Source of the DNA: Candidatus Saccharimonadota bacterium
GTDB taxonomy: Archaea > Micrarchaeota > Micrarchaeia > Micrarchaeales > Micrarchaeaceae
Assembly: GCA_963705375.1 (NCBI GenBank)
Contig: OY970071.1
Coordinates: 1,110,001-1,142,000 of the forward strand
DNA: 32,000 bases
Direction: 5' to 3'
The first letter of the stretch is position 1, and the number at the start of each line of letters is the position of its first letter. Below the pieces are notes generated by a model. That model did not search any database. It was not told the origin of the DNA and worked only from the letters and a program-made list of their open reading frames with translations. Shown here one piece after another: positions 1-6,636 of this stretch. The position numbers and the translations under genes were made by a program.

Positions 1-107
1 ATCCTGGCTATCTCGTCCATCATGCTTCTCGGAAGCAGTCTGGACTCCATCGCCTTTACTCTGGCATTGGAGTACGCGTAAAGAGCGGTATCGCCGTATC
101 GTGCCAT
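1..107 (-). CDS. atpC: A-type ATP synthase subunit C, N-terminal fragment (gene runs off the left edge)
   Basis: A reverse-strand ATG at 107-105 opens a stop-free frame to position 1: MARYGDTALYAYSNARVKAMESRLLPRSMMDEIAR. The YAY-x-NARV-x-AM-x-S-x-LL start resembles archaeal AtpC. It follows the atpE stop by 3 nt, in canonical H-I-K-E-C order. It is absent from the ORF track because it is truncated. Confidence 0.7.
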   Translation of the reverse strand, partial: MARYGDTALYAYSNARVKAMESRLLPRSMMDEIAR

Positions 108-110
108 GCT

Positions 111-785
111 TCATCTCGCCTTCTTGCTTGTCGCTCTCTTACTGCTCTTTTTTGCGCTCTTGGCGACTCTCTTTGCGGCTCTTTTGACCGGTACTTGCAC
201 ACTCTCTGCGTTTGGCGTTCTCTTGCCTTCCCTGACCTCAGATATCACTGCCTTTCTTACGTACTCGATCGAGGCGTCTACCAGCTTGTCCACTGTCGCG
301 TCTATCTTTATGCTGCCGTCCCTGGTGCTAATCATGAGCCCATCAATGTTCGCAAACTCTACGTGTGCGCCAGAATTCCTGACGAAGCGCTCATCTCTTT
401 TGTTGACTTTCACCAAAAGCTCGTTTACCGGCGCTATCTCAAGGGCCCTCTTCAAAGCATCTTTGAAGAGCTTGGCGTAGAGGTCGCTCTTTATGATTCT
501 GCTTGCAAGCCCGTTCACTATGTCCTTAGACTCGCGCATCACATATGCATCTGCGGCTTCAAGCCTGCACAGCTGCGTAGCGCGCACAATCTCAGAATTC
601 TGCTCCTGCCTCATGTGCGCTATCTCGTCGGCGGTCTCTTTCTCGAAATCTCTCTCGACGTCCCTCGCTTTCTGGTATGCTTCGTCGAGTATCTTCTTCG
701 TTTCGGACATCGCCGAACTGTGTATGCTTTCAGCTTCGCTCTTTGCGCCCGCCTCTATGCTAAGTTTTATCCCGTCCAAAGACAT
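111..785 (-). CDS. atpE: A-type ATP synthase subunit E with Lys-rich C-terminal tail
   Basis: Track ORF 111..821 trimmed to the first ATG (785); the long form starts on TTG and overlaps atpK. It has a charged coiled-coil N-half and a globular C-half (GLMISTRDGSIKIDATVDKLV), and lies between atpK and atpC. Confidence 0.85.
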   Translation of the reverse strand: MSLDGIKLSIEAGAKSEAESIHSSAMSETKKILDEAYQKARDVERDFEKETADEIAHMRQEQNSEIVRATQLCRLEAADAYVMRESKDIVNGLASRIIKSDLYAKLFKDALKRALEIAPVNELLVKVNKRDERFVRNSGAHVEFANIDGLMISTRDGSIKIDATVDKLVDASIEYVRKAVISEVREGKRTPNAESVQVPVKRAAKRVAKSAKKSSKRATSKKAR

Positions 786-801
786 TTGCTCGCCCCGGCG
801 T

Positions 802-1038
802 TCATATGAACTTTGCGCCAAGCAGTATGATTATCGCGACCACAAAGCCGAATATCAGCAAGGTCTCTGGTATTACAAGAAACAGCAGTGCAGTTCCGAT
901 CTGGTCTGGCTTCTCAGCCAGCAGTCCAATGCCTGCGCTTCCTACTGCGCCCTGTACTATACCTGTGCCTATCGCGCCGCCGGTTATTGCCAATCCGGCT
1001 CCTATTGCTGCAATAGCAGCAGCCATATCTATAGTCAT
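802..1038 (-). CDS. atpK: A-type ATP synthase subunit K (proteolipid c subunit)
   Basis: 78 aa forming a two-helix hairpin. Helix 1 is Gly/Ala-rich (AIGAGLAITGGAIGTGIVQG). Helix 2 carries the conserved carboxylate (LVIPETLLIFGF). Confidence 0.9.
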   Translation of the reverse strand: MTIDMAAAIAAIGAGLAITGGAIGTGIVQGAVGSAGIGLLAEKPDQIGTALLFLVIPETLLIFGFVVAIIILLGAKFI

Positions 1039-1042
1039 TATC

Positions 1043-2572
1043 TCATTCCTTAGTGTATCGTCTTGTGAAATGATACGGAGAGAACTTTTCCCCGCCGCCA
1101 GTGTAGAACTTGGTGAAAAACTCTACGAAGTTGAGCCTCGTTGCTTGCACCATGCCCTCGAAGATTGAGAGCAGCATGTTCATGGAGTGCAGCAGCACGA
1201 ACAGCGCAGCAACCACCACAAACATTATGACTCCGACAATGCTGCCTGTGAATGTGGGCGTGAACGCCTTGTCTATAAGTGCTGCCAGTATTATGCTTGC
1301 AAGTCCGAAACCGAATATTCGCGTGTAGCTCAGTGGTTGCGAGACAAGGCTCATGAACTCTACTGCCTCGATTCCGCTCAAAGCAACTGTCACAACCGAA
1401 GAGACAATCGCCACTATTGCTGCCGGCATCGCATAGCTGCTCATGTAACCGAACAGGCCTCCTGCTATTGCGATGGTTCCTGTGACTACAACGATTATGG
1501 ATGTTATCTTGGTTATTGCCAACTTGTACTCATGGTGCCTGTATTTGTTGACGAACCCTATCGCAAGGCCGATGATCACCTGTGCTATGCCCATCAGTAT
1601 TGTGATCGCGATCAGGGCAGGCACGTTGTTGGTCCAGTCAAAGATCATGATCTTGTTGAATGGCGCAAGCGTGAAACCGAAGAACTGGTTGGATAGGATC
1701 CCAAATATCATGATCGGCACTGACGCTAACTGCCACACCTTGGCCACGCTGTTCAGCAGTCCCTCTTCAGGGAACTTCTTGATAAGCACTGTAGCGAATA
1801 TGAGCGACAGCACACCATAGCCAAAGTCGCTGACCATCATTCCGTAGAATATGACGAACGACGCAATGAACAGCCATGTCGGATCGATCTCGTCGCTCCT
1901 TGGCAACGAATAGAACCCTACAAGATAGTCGAACGGGCTGAACGCCTTTGGCCTGCTCATCATCGTTGGCTCCACCTCGCCGTCGTTAACCTCTTCAAGG
2001 ACAAAGTTTTGCTTTGTCACGTTGTCCAGGCGTTTGTTGAGCTCACCAAGCCTTCTTTTTGGAATCCATCCTTCTACAATGAATGTGTGCAGCGTGTTCT
2101 TGAAGCTGGAGCTTATCTGCGATCTCTCATATTCTATCTGAAGCATTTCTGCAAGGCCGGCTATATCGAAATAGTGTTCGCTGCCTATCTTCTCAAGCAG
2201 TTTGTCTATTTTTGCTACCTCTCTTGTGCCTTTCTTTCCGCTCTCCGAAAGCACCCTTCTGGTTTCTACGAGCTCGTTTACCTCATCGACCTCTTTCACC
2301 GCTCTGCAGTGCGCGATCAGCTCCTTAAGCTTGAGCTGCTTTGCCAGCTTGAAAGGTTTATTCGGCTCCTTCAAGTACGAGAGCGCGCTTCTGAACTTCA
2401 CGAGCAGCTCGGATACGTCTGTTATCTGGCCTAGTGCCTTGTCGTCCTCGAGGCCGACAGCGCTCTTCCTTATCTCCATGGCACCGATGCTCTGCAGCTC
2501 TTGTATCGTGTCGTACTCTGCAGACTTTAGTGCAACTATCCTTATCTTTTTCATAGGTACTGTACGTAGCAT
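1043..2572 (-). CDS. atpI: A-type ATP synthase subunit I (a-subunit homologue)
   Basis: Soluble N-terminal domain followed by multiple TM helices; operon position between atpH and atpK. Start moved to the ATG at 2572 (MLRTVPMKKIRIV), 1 nt after the atpH stop; the track start at 2581 is GTG. Confidence 0.88.
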   Translation of the reverse strand: MLRTVPMKKIRIVALKSAEYDTIQELQSIGAMEIRKSAVGLEDDKALGQITDVSELLVKFRSALSYLKEPNKPFKLAKQLKLKELIAHCRAVKEVDEVNELVETRRVLSESGKKGTREVAKIDKLLEKIGSEHYFDIAGLAEMLQIEYERSQISSSFKNTLHTFIVEGWIPKRRLGELNKRLDNVTKQNFVLEEVNDGEVEPTMMSRPKAFSPFDYLVGFYSLPRSDEIDPTWLFIASFVIFYGMMVSDFGYGVLSLIFATVLIKKFPEEGLLNSVAKVWQLASVPIMIFGILSNQFFGFTLAPFNKIMIFDWTNNVPALIAITILMGIAQVIIGLAIGFVNKYRHHEYKLAITKITSIIVVVTGTIAIAGGLFGYMSSYAMPAAIVAIVSSVVTVALSGIEAVEFMSLVSQPLSYTRIFGFGLASIILAALIDKAFTPTFTGSIVGVIMFVVVAALFVLLHSMNMLLSIFEGMVQATRLNFVEFFTKFYTGGGEKFSPYHFTRRYTKE

Positions 2573-2573
2573 A

Positions 2574-2930
2574 TCACGCACCTAGTATTAGCGGTATGAT
2601 GTCCTTCAATATGCGCTCCTTGCTCTGAGCGCTCAGCCTCTTCATTCTTACATTGCTTGCGTCTTTTTCCGCTTGCTTGAGCGTCAGCTCCTTTTCTTTT
2701 TCCAGTGCCTTTGTAGCATCATTCATGTCCTTCTTCTTCTTTTCCTTCGCGTTTGCAGCCGCTTTCTCGACAATCTCGATCGCTTTTACTTTGGCATCGC
2801 TTATTGCTTTCTCCTTCTCTCCATTTGCCATACCTATGGTCTTGACGGCCTCCTCCTCGACATGCTTTACCTTGTTTATGGATTCAACGTTCTGCGGCCG
2901 CTGCCCCTCTATGGGTGTTTCATGCTGCAT
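2574..2930 (-). CDS. atpH: A-type ATP synthase subunit H-like (small charged coiled-coil stator protein)
   Basis: First gene of the operon. Highly charged Lys/Glu/Ala helical protein (EEEAVKTI...KAIEIVEKAAANAKEKKKK). First ATG is at 2930; the track start at 2951 is GTG. Confidence 0.6.
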   Translation of the reverse strand: MQHETPIEGQRPQNVESINKVKHVEEEAVKTIGMANGEKEKAISDAKVKAIEIVEKAAANAKEKKKKDMNDATKALEKEKELTLKQAEKDASNVRMKRLSAQSKERILKDIIPLILGA

Positions 2931-2981
2931 AAAATCACACTCTAGGATCACACTTTACGATTAATACTCCGCCAAGTAAGG

Positions 2982-2989
2982 TATAAAAG
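2982..2989 (-). promoter_or_regulatory. Candidate TATA box for the atp operon
   Basis: The reverse strand reads CCTTTTATACC about 50 nt upstream of the atpH ATG. It is the only strong TATA-like box close to the operon start. A second box at 3022-3030 is discussed in findings. Confidence 0.35.
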
Positions 2990-3250
2990 GCATTGGCTTT
3001 CCTTGCGCAAGCCCACAAAACTTTTATATCTTTACTGTGATAGGTCGTGATATCTACTACACTTCTAAGAATCCGACGGCATTCCGTCTGTATCCATAAA
3101 CACACTGTCTCCTTCTTGTTTTCCTAGCCAGGTGCCCTTCCTCACATGGAAAACGCATTAAATGTGGTCGCAAAGGCGCACTGGGAAGTTATTTAGTTGT
3201 TCTCTACCCTTCTTTTGCTGATAGAGATGACGATGGGAGGTAACGGGATT

Positions 3251-3418
3251 ATGCGCGCAAGCAAAGGCATGAAAGTCTTTGTGGCTACGGGCGGCGGCGG
3301 CGAAGGCAGCGGTACCTGTCCGCGAGTGGTCGTGTGTTCAAAGGTGGCACTTTTTAAGGACGACTATCACAACAGCACCAAAGTCAGTAGTGCAATTTTG
3401 AAGTTCATGTTCAAGTGA
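3251..3418 (+). CDS. Hypothetical small protein (55 aa), uncertain
   Basis: Sub-ORF of track ORF 3197..3418 (TTG start). GGGAGGT lies 9 nt upstream of the ATG at 3251. A T-rich tract (TTTTCTTACTTATTTTCC) follows the stop. The product has a Gly-rich stretch and no recognisable family. The region could instead be non-coding. Confidence 0.25.
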   Translation: MRASKGMKVFVATGGGGEGSGTCPRVVVCSKVALFKDDYHNSTKVSSAILKFMFK

Positions 3419-3440
3419 CTTTTCTTACTTATTTTCCTAT

Positions 3441-4856
3441 TCATATCGTCTCTTCTTTTGGTAGGCCTCTTATGTCTGTTTTGCGGTACGCCTTCTTTTT
3501 CCTTATTCTGCCCGTTTCTTCATAGTTTCGCCTTTCTAGTGGCGCATGGCCATATCTCTTTTCAAGCACGCTTTGCTGCAGCGAGTATGCATTGTCGAAT
3601 CTCCTATAGCAGAAATCTCCAACCAATATGCTGGTGATGGTTAGTGCTGCAATCCGCATGCCCAGATTAAGGCTGCTAATGTTTTCTACAGTCCTGTCCA
3701 AATCGTCATATTCGAATACCGGCAGGTAAAACACCGCGCCGTTAGGGGTTTCGCTATCCTCGACCAGGAGATATTTGCTTATCGGCGTGTTAGGCTCCTC
3801 TTTTACGCTCATCAATAGCTCTTCCCTGTGCTTCCTGAGCTTCTCCTCGTATATTATGTTTGCGAAGATCGCCGCCACGTACCTTACAGGCAGGTTCCTC
3901 ATGGTCATCGTTACCCTTCGTAGTGTGCCGTCCTCTTTGAGTTTATGGTATGAATACTGCGATCTGCCTGCGTCGAATCCATATTTTTTATCTATTTCTG
4001 AGAATTCGCATCTGCCATTCTCGTTCAGTTCTTTCATGAGGGCATACTCTCTCTGCAGCATCCTATCTTTCATCATCTCGATGAATGCGCCCCTTAGCGG
4101 CACCGTGCCATAAGTGTCCTCTATATATCCTGTGCTCCACTCTGCACCGTAGCGCGCCAGGCCCAATCGCAGTCTTGTGGTGAGGTTTATCACATCATCA
4201 TTGTTCCTGACCAGCGCATACGCTAGCAAGTCATAGCTACCTGACGTCTGAACTGCGAGCTGGATGAGCGGCTCTGATTCGAAGGCTTGCTTCAGCTCCC
4301 TTCCTGACGGTTTCTCATCTATGAACTTTGCAGTCATCAGGACGCTCTGATACCCTAACTTTTCCGGTGCTATTTCTGTGATGTATTTTATTCCGAATGT
4401 CTTCTCCAGCTTTCTAACACGGTATGTCGTTGTGCTCTCCTTCAGTCCGACCATCCTTCCAAGGACACTCATCGTAATCCGTCCGTTCATGCTTAGCGCG
4501 GTGAGTATCGCTTTGTCCTTGTCGTCCAATTTACGCTGCTTGACTGGATACTCTGCGCTGGTTTGCGTCGTTTGATGTGTTTCTACCAAAGCGCTGTACG
4601 CAGGCCTAAGGCTGCTGAGCGGCGCGCTCAAGTCCATTGGTTGTGTCCTTTTGACCGCAGCAATGAACATGCCTTCATCGGTTATCCTGCCTAGGTAATT
4701 TGCAAGCCCCACCTGCTTTTTGCGTACCCTATCGTGCTTGGATGTGGCCTCGTAAGCGTAAAAATGGCCTTTTATCACCTTTACCGTTATGTAGTGTTTT
4801 TTGCCTTGTCTGAGCCTGTGCAGCGTGCTTAGCACAGCTCTCGGCAGCGCTTTCAT
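3441..4856 (-). CDS. Fused tandem Lrp/AsnC-like transcriptional regulator with extra N-terminal domain
   Basis: There are two successive wHTH plus RAM-like modules. Module 1 is DKAILTALSMNGRITMSVLGRMVGLKESTTTYRVRKLEK followed by YQSVLMTAKF...SGSYDLLAYALV. Module 2 is EYALMKELNENGRCEFSEIDKKYGFDAGRSQYSYHKLKEDG followed by YVAAIFANIIY. Start set to the ATG at 4856 (MKALPRAV); the 14 upstream codons (YLYLYYLY) are the AT-rich promoter read as protein. Confidence 0.65.
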   Translation of the reverse strand: MKALPRAVLSTLHRLRQGKKHYITVKVIKGHFYAYEATSKHDRVRKKQVGLANYLGRITDEGMFIAAVKRTQPMDLSAPLSSLRPAYSALVETHQTTQTSAEYPVKQRKLDDKDKAILTALSMNGRITMSVLGRMVGLKESTTTYRVRKLEKTFGIKYITEIAPEKLGYQSVLMTAKFIDEKPSGRELKQAFESEPLIQLAVQTSGSYDLLAYALVRNNDDVINLTTRLRLGLARYGAEWSTGYIEDTYGTVPLRGAFIEMMKDRMLQREYALMKELNENGRCEFSEIDKKYGFDAGRSQYSYHKLKEDGTLRRVTMTMRNLPVRYVAAIFANIIYEEKLRKHREELLMSVKEEPNTPISKYLLVEDSETPNGAVFYLPVFEYDDLDRTVENISSLNLGMRIAALTITSILVGDFCYRRFDNAYSLQQSVLEKRYGHAPLERRNYEETGRIRKKKAYRKTDIRGLPKEETI

Positions 4857-4874
4857 GATAGTATATAGATAGTA

Positions 4875-4884
4875 TAAATATAAA
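4875..4884 (-). promoter_or_regulatory. TATA-like box upstream of the Lrp-like gene
   Basis: The reverse strand reads TTTATATTTA, ending 18 nt upstream of the ATG at 4856. This is consistent with a leaderless or short-leader mRNA. Confidence 0.4.
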
Positions 4885-5169
4885 TACTTTACAGACAACT
4901 TCGTCGTAACAAAAGTTAAATAGTATAGTATAACTAACCAAAAATCATTAATTTATATATCCTTTTTTATTCCTGCAGCTAAATATGTCGTGTTGATTGC
5001 GCTATCAATATATGCCCTCTAAACACATCTTATGACTAGGTGTGGCATGTCTGATCGGATAAAAAATGCGTATGCCTCTTGTATCTACTTTTTCCCACCA
5101 CAACCGGCATCACCATCCTATCCACCCACCCATCAGCATGCCACACAATTATGCTAGTAAGGCGATACT

Positions 5170-5367
5170 GTGAAGGACACCAAAAACAACTTGTTTGCAG
5201 GCGCGATAGAGAATGCCGCTCTCGAATGCAAATACTGCGGCAGGAAATTTCCTTCACTGTCCTCGCTTACAACGCACGGCGACGAATGCGTGACTGTTGA
5301 TATGATGCTGAATGGTCTGTGGCCTGAGACCGTGGCACCATCTACCATTCCCGTCCTGCGCGTATGA
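5170..5367 (+). CDS. Possible small C2H2/C2HC zinc-finger protein (65 aa)
   Basis: The translation contains ECKYCGRKFPSLSSLTTHGDEC, which fits the classical finger spacing C-x2-C-x3-F-x5-L-x2-H-x3-(H/C). The start is GTG, and the region has overlapping ORFs in several frames, so coding status is unproven. Confidence 0.4.
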   Translation: MKDTKNNLFAGAIENAALECKYCGRKFPSLSSLTTHGDECVTVDMMLNGLWPETVAPSTIPVLRV

Positions 5368-5513
5368 AGAATACGAAAGTATCATGGCTTGCGTTTGCAG
5401 TCGTTGCACTTCAAAATGCTCCGTGATCATCTTTTCTCTTTTTCTTGCATGTTTCATTTGCGCTTCTCTGCATGTTATAAAAGCTTTCTCAGGCCACTCT
5501 TACTCTTGATTCA

Positions 5514-6632
5514 ATGCCTGAGCAGTTCAAGGTTGGCGCGTACGACGTAGAGGGCAAGGTGGACTACGAGGCATTCGCAAGAATGGCAGGCCTGAAGCTC
5601 ATAGACGAGGCCCTTGAGAAGCGCATATCAAAGCACACGGGTGATGTTCACTTTCTGATAAGGCGGAAGATGTTCTACGCTCATCGCGACATTGACTGGC
5701 TTCTTGATGAATATGAGAAGGGCAATCAGTTCTATCTTTACACAGGCATAGCCCCGTCAGGATCCATGCACCTGGGCCATCTGCTGCCGTTCGTATTGCT
5801 GAAATGGCTTCAGGACAAGTTCCATGCTGATGTGCTAATCCAGATACCTGATGAGGAGAAGTACCTTGCAAAGAAAGGGCTGACCCTTGAGGGCATACAC
5901 GATTTCGCGATAGACGACGCGCTGAACATACTCGCTCTAGGATTTGACCCTAAAAAGACTAAGATATTCTTCGACACCGAATACGCCAGCACTCTGTACA
6001 AGCATGCGGTTAGGGTCGCAAAGCACATAACGTTCTCAACGGCCAAGGATGCGTTCGGATGGTCAAACGAGACTAACATAGGGGAGATATTCTATACGAG
6101 CATGCAGGCCGTGCCTGCGTTCCTCAAATCGGTCGAAGCCGGCCACAACATACCCTGCCTGATACCGCTTGGGATAGACCAGGACGTCCACTTCCGCGTC
6201 GCAAGGGATGTGCTGGGAAAGCTTGGCTACTACAAACCAGCACTGATCCATAACAGGTTCATGCCCGGCCTCAGCGGCGATGCTAAGATGTCCGCAAGCG
6301 ACCCCAATGATGCCATATACATAAACGACGCACCAGAGGTCGTGAACAAGAAGATAGGGCGCGCATTCACGGGTCAGCAGGCCACTGCCGAGCTCCAGAA
6401 GAAATACGGCGGGAATCCCGACGTGTGCATGGTATGCCAGTACTACAAGTTCTTCTTCGAGCAAGACGACAAGAAGCTTGCACAGATACTTGACGCGGAA
6501 CGTCACGGGATGGTTCTTGCAGGCGAGCACAAGGCCGACTTGGCAAAGAGGATCAATGAGTTCCTCAAACAGCACAGGGTCAAGAAAGAGCTTTTGAGGG
6601 AGAAGCTTGACAGCTTCATGTTAAGGAGCTAG
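5514..6632 (+). CDS. trpS: Tryptophanyl-tRNA synthetase (archaeal/eukaryotic type)
   Basis: Class I motifs HLGH (PSGSMHLGHLLPF) and KMSAS. Long collinear resemblance to eukaryotic-type TrpRS (FYLYTG, KWLQD, IQIPDEEKYL, CLIPLGIDQDVHFR, YYKPALIH). Confidence 0.93.
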   Translation: MPEQFKVGAYDVEGKVDYEAFARMAGLKLIDEALEKRISKHTGDVHFLIRRKMFYAHRDIDWLLDEYEKGNQFYLYTGIAPSGSMHLGHLLPFVLLKWLQDKFHADVLIQIPDEEKYLAKKGLTLEGIHDFAIDDALNILALGFDPKKTKIFFDTEYASTLYKHAVRVAKHITFSTAKDAFGWSNETNIGEIFYTSMQAVPAFLKSVEAGHNIPCLIPLGIDQDVHFRVARDVLGKLGYYKPALIHNRFMPGLSGDAKMSASDPNDAIYINDAPEVVNKKIGRAFTGQQATAELQKKYGGNPDVCMVCQYYKFFFEQDDKKLAQILDAERHGMVLAGEHKADLAKRINEFLKQHRVKKELLREKLDSFMLRS

Positions 6633-6636
6633 TTTT

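Noticed and set aside
106-2964. Many plus-strand ORFs overlapping the atp operon (106..480, 195..809, 493..1053, 806..1168, 1110..1328, 1187..1696, 1473..1820, 2009..2434, 2202..2585, 2653..2964, 2673..2945)
   Set aside because: All are antisense to confidently recognised atpE/K/I/H genes. Their translations are low-complexity (Leu/Ser/Phe/Cys-rich) with no motifs. They are shadow ORFs.
3280-3345. GC-rich core as 5S rRNA, SRP RNA or RNase P RNA
   Set aside because: Isolated resemblances exist: GTACCTG..GCGAG to 5S, GCGAAGGCAGC to SRP helix 8, GAAAGTC and GGTAAC to RNase P. They occur in the wrong order and without the partner strands. I left it as an unassigned region in findings.
5036-5509. 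Cluster of 64-73-aa ORFs in five frames (5036..5257 -, 5079..5300 +, 5154..5348 -, 5254..5457 -, 5312..5509 +)
   Set aside because: They are mutually overlapping, with no motifs and odd composition. Only the 5170..5367 frame carries a recognisable zinc-finger pattern, so only that one is reported, at modest confidence.
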